Positions 35,901 to 47,899 of a stretch of DNA of 64,000 nucleotides are shown one piece after another (the stretch's first letter is position 1; every line of letters starts with the position of its first letter). Under the pieces are notes generated by a model, which saw only the letters and a program-made list of their open reading frames with translations, searched no databases and was not told where the DNA came from. The translations under genes were made by a program, and so were the position numbers. The stretch lies in the NCBI GenBank assembly GCA_026770705.1, contig JANJGN010000008.1, positions 155,434,001-155,498,000 on the forward strand, in the 5' to 3' direction. This stretch comes from Isurus oxyrinchus. Lineage: Eukaryota.

Positions 35901-37619
35901 GACTAATGACGCCTCTGGATCCCGCTTGACGATCTCTGCATTAAAACCATGCTATCACAGAATCCTACAGCCACATTGTGCCTGCAACAGTAGGTTCTTT
36001 GAAAGAGATAAAGCTCCACTTCTCTTTCCACAGAGCCTTGCAAGCTATTATAAAATGCTAAGAGCTTCTCCTCAAAGTCTATGCTAGGAATTGAGGAAAT
36101 TGTTCAATTTCTGGGCCATGAGGCTTGAGTATCGCATTTTAATTAATTTGTTCTGATGTGTCAGATTTAAAATCTGTAACTATATAGTTGGTATATGTAT
36201 TGTACTCGTATGAGTATAATGGACTTATCAAAATAAGTAACAGGGAAATGGGGTGTTTCAGGAGTGGCATGAAAGGATTTTGACAGGGGTCTCACTGCTG
36301 AGAGTCAGCTTAGATTAATTTGCATGTACTCTTCTTGGGCAACTGAATCAAAATGGTCCAGTCTGTGTAAACCAGGCTCAATTCAGACACCAGCAGATAG
36401 TTGACAGGTCATTGTCTGCACTTCCACTTGATTGGTATTCTGCTTTGATTTTGAAGAAAGAGACTGCAGTACTTGTAGGAAATACTTAAATATCAAAATT
36501 GCTGTCAATCCAAGGATGTAATTTGATATCCACCTATGCACGACATCTGTGGGGGAAGGGGAAGCGGGAAAGACATAAATGGAATGAAATTGATTGGATA
36601 ACTATTAGTGAGTGTGGAACAAAAAGATTGGAATAAAATGCTGACTAATAGATTAGTTGGAGGGAATAGGGTCTTCGGTTTTTACCCTGCCATATACCCA
36701 AAATATCCTTTGTGCCTGCAAGGTATTAGTGGTCCTTGCACTTGTCAAAACTTCCCCCAAAGCAAACAGGACCTCTATATGGTAGAACTGATTCATACTA
36801 TTTCTGTATTTTGATATGTTAACCACTAATTGGACCATAAGCAGGTGGTAGGAAGGTGAAAGAACAACTGAAAAGATGGATGCAGCCTGACTAACCGGCA
36901 TTCTCCCAAACAATTTTATCATCCAGATGAAAGTCGGTTGGTGACTGGGGAGGTTGGAGCGAGACAAATCGTTTTTTAAAGTCTTTTTTCAAAAGCATTC
37001 ACATTTCATCTTCTGTTTCTGGCTCCAACAATGACCTCAGTTGCTGGTTAAGATCTGTGCAGGTTATTGGTGGCAAAACTGTTTAACTGGTTTTCCAAGG
37101 AAATGAATGGAAAGAGCTGCTGTGATGGTAGCCTTCCTCTGCCTTTGATTTCAGCATCACCACTGTTTTATATAGCAACTGAAAATAGGACTGGTTTATG
37201 CCAATGACATCAGAAAAACCACTCCAGTTGATTACTCTAAACTCCCACAAGTCACCGCAAGGGTATGTGTAGTGTATCGAGATCATAGGAACTTTGGTAT
37301 TTATGTTCTGCTCTGATAACTTAAACCAATGAAGGGCTGGTGGCTGTTTCTCCTCCCATGCCCTCGCCTTTCCCCAAAATACACAGCAATGTGGCTGCAG
37401 TAAATGCTCATTGCATGTCCAGGGCCAGGTTGAATTTTGTCTTTTTTGTTTCCATTGATCACAAACCATACTTGTGGTTTTTAACTTTCTTTTAAAATTG
37501 GCATTCCATGTATCACTGCAGTACAAAATTTCGGTGTCAAATTTTCATTCCAACTTATAATTCCTCAAATATAGGAATCTGACCCAAGGAAAAATCTTAA
37601 ACTAGATCCACTGGTTTCA

Positions 37620-38010
37620 ATGTCTCAGCAGGAGCTCTCTTGTCTGAGTCTTAAGCATTGCAGGTTCCCCTTGAGCACAAAACTGAGGTTGATAGTGCAG
37701 TGTTGAGGGGAGTGCTGCACTGCCTGCTGTCTCAGCTAGACATAAAAGACCCCGTGCTACTGTTCGGAAGGAGTGTTAGGGGAGTCCTCCTTGGTTCCTG
37801 GCCAATGTGTATCCCTCAATTTAAAATTACAGAAACATTATCTGGTCATTATCACAATGCTGTTTCTGGGAGCTTGCTGTGAGCAAATTGGCTGCTGTGT
37901 TCCTTACGTCGCAGTGGTGTAGGTAACTATTTCAAAAAGTTAATTGCTTTACAATGCTTGGGATGTTTTGAGATCATTAAAGGTGCTATATAAATGCAAG
38001 TCTTTCTCAG
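37620..38010 (+). mobile_element. DeuSINE (SacSINE1-like)
   Basis: gagggggagtgctgcactg...ttatctggtcattatcacaatgctgtttctgggagcttgctgtgagcaaattggctgc...aaaggtgctatataaatgcaagtctttc. Confidence 0.82.
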
Positions 38011-38681
38011 CTTTTGTTTTCTGATTTCTTCACTATATTACAAATATCCATAAGATTTGAATAAAATTTAAGTCAGTTTAAATTGATCTGGGGCTGAGAA
38101 TCCATTGATTCTTGTGGAGTAGTGGGGCACCAGTAATACTAATCATTCTCCGTCATTGTGACATGGCCGGGATTGGAGATTCAATGTGGTTGTCCAAATT
38201 TCGCTTCCTGCAAGGAGGATTGAGAGAATCTGGGGAAATCATGGTTCTTGAGGTAGTCTTGAATGCTGAGTTACTGCGTAGCATTGCTTGTGGCGTTGTC
38301 ATCAATTGTCATGTTTGGAAGGCAGATCTACATTGTGGATGGAAAAGGGCAAGAAGTTGAGAGCGTGAGCGAGAGAGAGAGACCTGCTGTGGCTAAAACA
38401 AATGGCAAGGCTCAATGGGACACATGGTCTAGTCCTGTCTGTATACTAACTCATGCTTACTTTTCTGTCCAGCTTCATTGGGTTATTTCTCACAGCACCT
38501 AAGCCCTCTTTCCTCCTTTATCTTTCTTTCCCCCGAGCCCCAATTTTCTGTTCCATGAGAAATTGATTAATTTTTCTGAATCATTGCCCTGGCTTATTGC
38601 AACATATGCTTAATTTTGCAATTTCGGTGCCTTGTGAGATAACTTATAATCCTGTTGTCTTTACTTCTCCCCCTTTATCAG

Positions 38682-38821
38682 CTCAGGCCACAGGAACTGC
38701 CCCAGGAACTCCACAGCAGAGCTCACAACCAGATTACAGTGCAGCCTGGGCAGAGTATTACCGACAGCAAGCAGCGTACTATGGACAGGCCACACAGCAA
38801 GGGCAGGCCCCTGGTCATCAG
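38682..38821 (+). CDS. FUBP3: FUBP3 penultimate exon, YM motif [13 protein letters not shown]
   Basis: ccctttatcAG acceptor and CAG|gtatgc donor. (A)[46 protein letters not shown]; 140 nt. Confidence 0.96.
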
Positions 38822-38924
38822 GTATGCAAGTAGTGCAGATTAAACATTACCATGGTGATTGTGGCACAAAGCCCTGGAACAGTAATACTCCTGCTGTGGA
38901 GTGGGAGGAGACCAGTAGTGCCAG

Positions 38925-39140
38925 TTATCCCTCACACTATCAAATTCCTCCCTAAACCTCTGTTTCTGCACCTGTTTCCTCCTTAAAAGATGTTCCTTAG
39001 CATACCTATTTGACCAAGCTTTTGGTCACCTTTATCTCCTTATGTGGCTCAGTATCATTGTGTTTGATAACACTCCTGTGAAGTGCCTTCAGACATTTAA
39101 GCATGTTAAAGGTGGTATATAAATGCAAGTAGTTTGTTGT
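38925..39140 (+). mobile_element. L2 3' tail fragment
   Basis: tttgaccaagcttttggtcacc...cctgtgaagtgcctt...aaaggtggtatataaatgcaagt. Confidence 0.75.
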
Positions 39141-39479
39141 CTAGCAATGAGCCTCGTCCAGTACTTGTGAATATAAACTGCTCCTTCCAAATGAATTGAA
39201 ATAGAGCAATGCTGTCAGATGGAGGTGTTCCTGGTTGAAACCAAGCTGGTGGATCACTTGCTATAATCCCATCAGTACATTTATCATTTGCTGTGTAAAA
39301 CCAACTTTAAGGTTGTAGCAATCAGCACTGAAATACAGCCCTATCTGCTGAGTGATAGGTTCATTTATAATTATCGATTCTTCTCTTCTTACAGCAATAC
39401 CTTTTTATACTGTTTTTATTCATAAAGCAATGAAATTACACTTTAGTGAATAGAATTGTTAAACTTATTTTCTTGCTAA

Positions 39480-39835
39480 TGTTTTCTCTTCCTTGCTCGG
39501 GGATGGTTCCATGGGTCTTGCTAGATAACCACCAGTACCTTGTCCAACTAGTTGTTAGCCGTCTTCACAGCAATTGTTAGCAAGTACCATGGCCATACCC
39601 AGCCTTGTGCTGTCTGATTCTGACCTTAGCAGCACCTTCACACACTTCGAGCCACAGGGATCACTACCTGGCCATCAGCAGAGGACTCTGGCTGTGGTTT
39701 CCTTTGCCCTTCCTGGCCAATGGTGCTGAGGCCAGTTAATGACCCGTATCAATATCCTGGCTACCTTGGCACAGACCAGGGATTGAATGTGGGATATGTA
39801 TGGCTCAGCTACTAACTGAACCACTTTCCTGAACC
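39480..39835 (-). mobile_element. LF-SINE-like element, antisense
   Basis: ggttccatggg...gccgtcttcaca...gtgctgaggccagtt...cacagaccagggattgaa...tgtatggctcag. Confidence 0.65.
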
Positions 39836-39839
39836 AAAG

Positions 39840-40160
39840 AGCAGGAAAGTTGCAGCACAGAAACAGGCTCAACTAGGTTTATGTTCCACCCTACTTCATC
39901 ATCTAATCCCATCAACATAACCTTCTATTCCTTTCTCCCTCCTGTTCTTATCTAGCTTCCCCGTAAGTGCATCCACCCTAGTCACCTCAACTGCTGCTTG
40001 CGGTAGTGCGTTCCACATTCTAACCATTCTGTAGGTAAAGAAGCTTCTCGTGAATTTGTCATTTGGATTTATTTGTGACTGTTTTATATTTATGGTTGCG
40101 AGTTTTGGGATTCCCAGAAGCAAACATCTTTTCTCTACCATATCAAACCCCATAACAATT
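39840..40160 (-). mobile_element. CR1 (HER1-like) LINE 3' end, antisense
   Basis: Minus-strand peptide RSFFTYRMVRMWNALPQAAVE...GKLDK, typical of the CR1 ORF2 C-terminus. Confidence 0.8.
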
Positions 40161-40714
40161 TTGTGTATATAGAAACATTTAAATGTAATGGTATAAGGAA
40201 AAGAAAATTAGCTTTCACCTTATGATTGTGGGTAAATGTATTGACCTGTGTGATAGTGATGCAGATAAGGAAGTTTCTTAGCCTATGCTAAGTTAGCCCA
40301 TCTCAGCTGGCCAGTAGTGGCATGGTCACTATAATTCGCCTTAGCCTCTGAACAATAGGGGCAACAAAAAAAAGCAGCCTGGGGATTTGCTGCTGATCAT
40401 TATTCAGCGGCTTGTGCTGGAAGATGGATGTGTAGATGTTGGATGAGAAATAGAGTTGTAATGTGTCTCCATATGGACGTGTTGGCTGACACACTCGGTC
40501 AACACTCCCCATGAGGAATTCGCACTCGGATAAGATAGTGAAGAGCAGTTGGGTACCGAAAGAATTGCACGACAACAAACAGTGAGGGCTTTCAGAAAAG
40601 GAGGAGGATGTCTTGTATTCTGAAGATCTCATTCTTCCAACAATTCTTCACAATACTCTCTTCTGATGCCCCGCCATCATGTTCTAACACTCGCTATCTC
40701 TTCCTCTGTTGCAG

Positions 40715-40723
40715 GATCAATAA
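40715..40723 (+). CDS. FUBP3: FUBP3 terminal coding segment DQ*
   Basis: Strong acceptor tctcttcctctgttgcAG followed by GAT CAA TAA. Human FUBP3 ends EQ*. Confidence 0.88.
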   Translation, partial: DQ

Positions 40724-41259
40724 TTTGACGTCCTTGTGGTGAGATTTGAATCATTGAGTGTGGAGCCTTTTTTAATAAAAGGTTGAAAAGATTTATGACG
40801 CCTTGAAGAAGAAAAACTTATACTTTTGTTTCTGAACACTAGAAGAAAAAAATACTTATTACGATAACTTTCTAGATTTACCATTAATGGAATAATAGTG
40901 AAGTTGAGGGGTGCAGATGTTGTGGATTGAACACTCGGGGACCCTTAGACCAACACCATGGTTTGGACAGGCTAAAATGCGAATGGTGGTTTGTTCTGTT
41001 TTTTTTTAATTTTTTTTTTAAAAAGATTACTCCCCTACATCAGCAGCACTACAGGATAAGTTTTTAAAGTATAATAGTAGTGTGGATGTGGGGGTTCAAA
41101 GACGGTGCATTGTTGAACTGTATACATCCCAACGATAGATGGGTAGGAATACTGGTGCTGGTACTGCATATCCTGAGACTTGGCAGTGGCAACGTACAAG
41201 TCCCAGGTATCGGTCTGGAGTTTTGTACAGTACAGACCGAAAGGTACTAACGACCACGG

Positions 41260-41295
41260 TATATATATAATATATATTATATATATATATATATA
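41260..41295. repeat. (TA)n microsatellite in the FUBP3 3'UTR
   Basis: Direct reading. Confidence 0.9.
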
Positions 41296-42398
41296 AAATA
41301 TGTCTCACTTTTGTGAAACTGTGCCTCCATCCCTATGTGAGTGGGCACTAAATACAAAACTGTGTTGGACTGGTAAATTTTTGTACTGGTCCATTAATTC
41401 TACTGTGTGGGGAGGGAGGGGGAAAGAAGAAAAAAGAAGTTAGCACAACAGAAACTTCTTTTTATAAGGAGTTGAAAATGAGAACTGTGAATAATAATTT
41501 AATACTTTTTTCCAAAATACATGTTTTACGTAGGTGACTGTCGGCAAAGATGAGGATTTAAAAAATGTATTTAAAAAAAAAAACAAAAAAAACGAATCTA
41601 GGCACATTTTGTAATTGATGAATGAAAATTGAACAACAGCAGGGTGCACATCTGTACGTGGATGTAATGGAAGAACACTACCGTTCGCACTGTAGTCTGC
41701 CTGCCACCCCCACTTTCCCCACCCCCCCCCACCCCCCACCCCCAAAAAAACAGTCCTGAACTGTAAGCATGCCTGAAAGGGGCCTCCAATGTGCTAAAGA
41801 CTTGATGAATCATACACTTTCTCGTTCTCTCCTGCGATTAGATTGCACCTGTCTGTGTAATTGCCTGATGAGAAAAGATGATACAATTAAATAAAAGTAC
41901 AGGTTTTATTTTTTAGTATATGAAAAAAAAATACAAAAAAGGTTGTTGTGTTTGCTATACACCTCTCTCAAATTTGGACTCGGCAAAGTCTCCACGAGCC
42001 ATGCTAATGACTATTTTTTAATTCTTATTCTTACGTGGCGTGACTTAATATGTATGATTATGTTTAGCAAGTGAATGAATCCTAGTATTAATTACGTATG
42101 TGAAAAACAAATAAGTTGATTAAGAAAAAAGGGATGTTATTAAGTTGAAGCTGTTTAACTTGTAGTATTTGCCTTTGTACAGTTAACAGTGTAGATAACC
42201 AGGGACTTTGGTTCTGTTTTTAATGACCTGAAGTTTACTGGACATTCCGTTTAAATTGTACTGATTTTTTTCTATTAATGCTCGAGATGTCTAACTTTGG
42301 AAAGTGTGATTGGTTTAAAAAGAGAAAAACAGCTCTGTGCAGCATGTTAAAAAGATGTATCCCTTTTATTTTACTGACACTTGCATTTTACACTCTAT

Positions 42399-42404
42399 AA
42401 TAAA
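42399..42404 (+). terminator. Probable distal polyadenylation signal of FUBP3
   Basis: AATAAA followed by CA dinucleotides and a GU/U-rich tract (tttgtgg...ctttttggctttgc). Transposon relics resume shortly downstream. Confidence 0.6.
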
Positions 42405-42774
42405 ATGTCCACAACATTTCTTTGTGGAAATTTGGCCTGACTTTTTGGCTTTGCTTAATTTGCTGGTGGGTGTGGATAGAGCTGCCCTCTGTTTAATGCC
42501 ATTATCCTCTTCCCTCCACTCCTGAAATCTGTCAGTTTTTTATTTCATTGAGGAGCCTTTGCAAAAGGACCAAGACATCACCAGGGTTTAAAACTACAAC
42601 ACTAGAGGGGAGGGTGGAATACCTCCAGACAGTGATTTAGATGTTGCTGTGCTTGACTTTTCAAACCTTGTGGGAAGAAAATTTTCAGATGAGTTAATTT
42701 TAAGGTCCTCGAGAGAATTAGTCATAGTACAAGATGGTGCAGTTAGATTAGGGTAATGTGGCAGTTGTACATAC

Positions 42775-43250
42775 AAGCATATAAATTAGGATCAGGAGTA
42801 GCCCACTCGGCCCCTCGAGCCTGCTCTGCCATGCACTAAGATCATAGCTCATCTGATTGTGGCCTCAGCTCCACATTCCTTTTACCCCACCCCCCCGATA
42901 ACCTTTAACTCCCTTGTTAGTCAAGAATTTATTTTCTTCTGCCTTAAAAATATTCGTTGTGGTACTGGACTGGCACTCAGGGGTCACAAATTCAGACCCC
43001 ACACCATAGCGAGTTCTGAAATTCAATTCACAATGTCTGGTAATTTGGGGCTAGCACTTGAGAGAAGTGGCCATGAAAGCTTTGGCTTTGTTATTTAAGA
43101 GTCCTCTCGGTTTGCTAATGTTCTTCAGGGAAGAGAAGCAGTCACCCATGCCTGGCCTCGTATACACGTCGGCTCCAGTCTCTCACTGCAACCTTGGCTC
43201 TTTCCTTCTGAAGTACCCTGGGCAAGCCAATCCATAGAAATAAAAGCACA
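42775..43250. mobile_element. Antisense CR1 tail (to ~42955) followed by a SINE-like fragment
   Basis: aggagtagcccactcggcccctcgagcctgctctgcca is a CR1 tail; a tRNA-SINE-like stretch follows. Confidence 0.55.
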
Positions 43251-43984
43251 ATAACTTTGGTTTCAGCACAGTGAGGATGGGGTGAGAGGAGGAACAGGCT
43301 GAGGAGCAGTAGGGAAACGGACTGTGCTGTTGGAATTCAGCAGCAACACAATCACGGGGGGGTTAGCGTCAATTAAATAACACTGCCTGACAAAGAGTGT
43401 ATATGCTTTGTAACGTAGTACTGAGTAAATTTGCAACAGGAGTGTGGGGTGGTCAGGAGACACCGGACATTGGAGGATCACTTATTCGACGAGCTTTTTT
43501 CCACTTTATTCAAATTGCTGCAATTATCAAAACAGCAATCATCTATTTTCCTGGTGATTCGAACTACAGTGAGTAATAGATAACTTATATATCTGTTCTC
43601 AGTATGAAGTTCTTCAAAGATGGATTCACCATCTATATCTCAGTGTAAAATTCTTACTTGTATTGTCATTTTGTCCCTGTTGAAGTTTTTTTTCCATGGT
43701 TGTGTAATCTGGGTACTTGAACGTGGCTTGATTCCCTTGCCACAAAAACATAGATCAGGAATTTAATGAGGAGCACTGCTGTGAACTAGAATCTTGCCAT
43801 CACCTGAGGGAGTTTATTTGCTGCATAACGGAGAACTATCTGGAACTCATGCAAAATCTCATCCACCAAAAGGTTTTTGACATCTGCCTCAGTTTAGGGA
43901 AAAATCTGAGTTTGTTGGTATCCCAGCTCAGTTTCTTCAAACCTGCTGATCCCAACAAAAACTTCCCAGTAGTTCAATAAGGAA

Positions 43985-44360
43985 GACAGACTTGCATTTA
44001 TGTAGTGCCTTTCACGACCTCAGGACATCCCAAAGTGCTTTATAGTTCTCGAAATATTTTTGAAGTATAGACACTAATGTCAGAAACGTGGTAACCATTT
44101 TGTACACAGCAAGCTCCCACAACAGCAGTGTGCTAATGAGCAGTTTTAACAATGTTGATTGAGGGTTAAATGTTGGCTAGGACACCAGGAAGAACTCCCC
44201 TGCTGTTTGAAATAGTGCCATGGAATCTTTCACACGCAGCAGAGAAGGCAATTTAACATCTTGTCGGAATGACACTACCTCTGACAGTACAGCACCCTCA
44301 GTACTGCAAAGTGTTAGCCTTGAATTTTATGCTGATGTCCTGGAGTGGGGCTCGAATGGA
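43985..44360 (-). mobile_element. DeuSINE (SacSINE1-like), antisense
   Basis: gacttgcatttatgtagtgcctttcacgacctcaggacatcccaaagtgcttta...caccaggaagaactcccctgct...aatagtgccatggaatcttt. Confidence 0.85.
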
Positions 44361-44404
44361 TAAAGCAACCACCCAATATGATGCTGGACCATTCAGAGGT
44401 GGAA

Positions 44405-44730
44405 GAATGCTGAGTTAACTGGCAGGGTGGCGCTAAGTGTGCTATAATTTCTTAGGTTATGGAGGGGGGAAATCAGCCAGGGTTTGCACTTCTAATCACA
44501 CAGAGACCCATGCCTAAAAATCTTGTTTTGGGGTGGACAGGGAAACATCTGATGAAGATGGTATTGTACGATGGCTCACCAACACAACCCCCCTCCCCCC
44601 TCTACTCCCACCTGCCCCTTCCCCCTGGCAAATAGCTAGGCAACAATGAACAGGCACTCACTTGAAGGATGACCCTTGGGAACCTTTTGAAATTGGTGCT
44701 TGCATCAGCACCTTCGAGAGAAGCGGTGGA
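44405..44730 (+). mobile_element. LF-SINE-like element
   Basis: tgctgagttaactgg...ggagggggggaaatcagccagggttt...tcagcaccttcgagag. Confidence 0.65.
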
Positions 44731-45879
44731 TTACCTAGATGCAATTATTGGTAGCAGAACCCTAGTGATTCTCCCAGAGACAACGCAACTTTAAAAGGTG
44801 CAAGAAGCTTTGGATAATTCTCTCAATTTGATTATTTGGGGAGTAGGGTGGGTAGAATTGGATGGAGCTGGGCGTTTATCCGAATTCAGAAGGTTAGGTT
44901 GTCAGTTCTCAAGATCAACCAACTCTTCAATAAGTGTGCAGTAAAATGCATAAAATTTTCCATTGTATTTTTGGCCAGTTGCTATGGGCGGGGAAGAGAG
45001 AGCTCAGTCACTCTGCGGAATGACTGGCACTGTGTCATTAATAACTTTCAAATAACCAGCAGTACTTAATAATCCACATGTAATTTCTTCCTTGAAGTCT
45101 CGGTGATGAGTGCAATAATTGTACTGACTGGTGATCCGATTATCTGGAGGGTCTCTTACTGGAAGGAAATCCTATTGTAACATGAAAGAGATGCTTATCT
45201 CCTTTTGATTGGATGTGTCTTGAGACATGGTTAGTGGCCGGGTGCAGGTGGCAGCCGGCCGGCCTTTCCTTTTCTCTGTGCTGTCAACCAGGGTCATCGC
45301 CTTGGCGCCTCCAACCTGTGCTTATCGGAGGATTACTTGTGTCCATTCAATTGTTATTTAAGATCAGCTGGTGTTGAGGTGATATCACGCCAGTCTGGGG
45401 CTTTCTGTGGGGCTATCTTGTTCTTGCAAACAGGCAGGCGGTGGAGGGATTTTCACAGCATGTTTCAGTAAAATAAAAAGAAATTTTTACAACACTTTTT
45501 GAACCCCTCCCCCAACTCCATCTCTTAAATTTTCTCTTCCCTTTCCTGAAGATACTGGGCTGTGCTGCAGTATCAATCTCGGCTGCTTGGCAGTCTCTTG
45601 CTGCCTTGCGACAACATTGTTCATATGTAGGCCTAAATAATTGGTGTTGGCTATCCTGCAGCAGGGACATTGCAGCAAGTGCCATTCATGTGCACTTGAC
45701 TATCTGGAGCAGAGCCTCTTGTAAATTTTTTCTCCTTTTCTATCCCTGGGAAGTTGAAGCCAGTTAGAGAACCCCCTATCCCAACCTGCTGAGATCAAGT
45801 CCCTCAATGCTCAAGTTCAGAACAGTTGCTAAAATATTCTTTAAATACTCAGTGCTGATTGCATTACCAAGAGTATTGA

Positions 45880-46040
45880 GCACGTTAGCATACAGAGTTG
45901 GTGCTGAATCACTCCTGGGATTGATAATATAATTTGGCTCCCTACAGTGACTATAATTCAAAAAAGTAGTCCATTAGATGTAAAATGCTTTGGGAAATCC
46001 TGAGGCAGTGAAAGGTGCTATATAGATGCAAGTTTTTTTT
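45880..46040 (+). mobile_element. DeuSINE 3' fragment
   Basis: cagtgactataattcaaaaaagtag...ctttgggaaatcctgaggcagtgaaaggtgctatatagatgcaagt. Confidence 0.7.
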
Positions 46041-46139
46041 TCTTTCATGGTCAGACTTGGTAACTGTTTGTTGCTCTACTTCTCTCCGGAATCATTCCAT
46101 TGCTGCTAGTTGCCCTCCGGTACCAATACTCTGATGACG

Positions 46140-46325
46140 TTCTTCAAATGTTGAAGTTTGACAGTGTATGGGAACCTTGCCTGATTTCCCCCCTCCCAGC
46201 GCCTTGGTCCATTGCTGTTGAGAGAAATTGTAGCATCTCTACATGAGCTGGTCAGCTAACTCAGCAGATATTTTGAATAAACCTAGCCTGTCTACTCTGT
46301 ATACGTAGGCAGCAGATATAACGAG
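46140..46325 (-). mobile_element. LF-SINE-like 5' fragment, antisense
   Basis: gggaaccttgcctgatttccccctcccagc...aattgtagca...tcagctaactcagcag. Confidence 0.6.
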
Positions 46326-46554
46326 CTTGGCTTTCAAAGGAATCACTCATTTCTCTCAAATGTAACAGATTATTATGATAAATCTTTTTACATTAACCCA
46401 AAGGGTTGGATTCCCTCTATATGGGGCTGCAAATTGAATCAGGTATTCTTCTCAATCCTCTTCTGTTGGGTATCCAGCATCAGGTTTCTATTCTGTTTAT
46501 TACTAAGCTTGATGAATCCTGTATTTTATAGTCTTGTGTGGCAATGTTTAAAGG

Positions 46555-46860
46555 AAGAACTTGCACTTATATTGGGCCTGTCACAAACCTCAGGACGTCT
46601 CAAGTGCTTTGCAGCCAATGAAATACTTTTTTAAATGTAATTATTGTAATGCAGAAAATGCAGCAATTTGTACATTGTAAAACAGCACTGTGATGTCTAG
46701 GTAATTTGTTTGTGATTTTCGTATAGAGATAAATGTTGTGGGAGTTGTTTCTCCCACACTGAGCAGCACCATGGGATCTTTTACATCCACCTGAGAGGAC
46801 AGAGCCTCAAATTTAGCATCTCGCTCAAAAGATGAATAATTCCTGTAAGGCTACACTCCC
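46555..46860 (-). mobile_element. DeuSINE, antisense
   Basis: acctcaggacgtctcaagtgctttgcagccaatgaaatacttt...catgggatcttttacatccacctgagagg. Confidence 0.8.
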
Positions 46861-47119
46861 TCCTGTTGGCGTTGGAATGTGGCTTTCTGGCCATGACACA
46901 CACATGTGTATGTGTGTCCTCTTAAGATGCACAAAGCTTCAAGAACTTTGCAGTTTAGTTTATGCAAGTGATTTCAACACTGTTGTCATTTTGTCATTCT
47001 CTCACCTTTCAGTGCCACTGTGGGGAAGCAACAGCTGGAGGACCTAATGCTTCTCTGGAGGAAAATCAGAGGACGGACTGCCAGCCACTTTAAGTTAATA
47101 TAGACATTGAGCAATGTGA

Positions 47120-47400
47120 AACTGCCAGTGCAATTGGCCAGGGCATCCTGGACTAGGGAGGGGAAGAAACAGATAAGATCCTTGCTCTACACTATTGAAC
47201 AATTAAAAGTGCATGTGTGTGAGCATAAGGTGAGCATATGGTCGGGTTTGACAGCAGTGCACTGAATAGCCAGTTATCTCTTCCTAGCCTCAGCTAAGAC
47301 ATGAAAGGCAGTTTTGAATTAGGTAAAGGCTCACTGGTGCCTATGGAACCATAATGAATTGACAGCTTTGGAAAAGGATAGGAGGGGCAGAAAGATCAAC
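47120..47400 (+). mobile_element. LF-SINE-like element
   Basis: caattggccagggcatcctggactagggaggggaa...aaagtgcatgtgtgtg...gaatagcc...tggtgcctatggaacc. Confidence 0.65.
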
Positions 47401-47899
47401 TGCGCAGAAATCCCACGCCATTGTATTGTGCTTGCCAGTGTCTGGTTATTGAGCGTTAATGGCGAAGATGGCTGAGAGTTCTCATACTCCAGTCTAGGGA
47501 CAAGGAAATGGGCATTGGGTGGGAATAAAAGAGAGTAAACGTGAATGAATACCTCATAGATAGGAAAACAAATCAACTGTTTTTCAATGAATCTGCTGGG
47601 AGATTGCCTTAAAATTAATTGTTGTTTTGTGGGGTTGGGTGGGAATAATTGGGTGAAATTATTGACTACTTCATCTTTGGGATTTGGGTTTGAATTGAGC
47701 TCAGACTGATAATTGATAAGTGAAAAAACTCCCCTGCCTGCCAGTTCTATTTATCCAAAGTAAAATTAATTGGAGACAGTCTGAGCAATGCAATATTTTT
47801 ACTGAATTGTGTGGCAGAAACTTTGCAGGTGTGCTAGGTGACTCACTAGAGATATGAACCTTGTACTTGACTGAATTGGGAGTGACATACTTTGTATGG

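Larger units (their letters stand above)
40724..42425 (+). other. FUBP3: FUBP3 3'UTR (approximate end)
   Basis: Mostly AU-rich stretch with no recognisable transposon after the stop. AATAAA at 40774, 41890 and 42399. Confidence 0.7.

Noticed and set aside
1343-40723. Assignment to FUBP1 or KHSRP
   Set aside because: [37 protein letters not shown] and YSKAWEDYYK plus PRDM12 synteny point to FUBP3.
41153-41256. 3'UTR junction as a hammerhead ribozyme (GAAA follows hairpin B)
   Set aside because: No CUGANGA in the corresponding junction strand.
45098-45152. Possible C/D box snoRNA (GTGATGA...CTGA...GTGATCC)
   Set aside because: Terminal box D is missing (CTGG), it is short, intergenic and has no recognisable guide.
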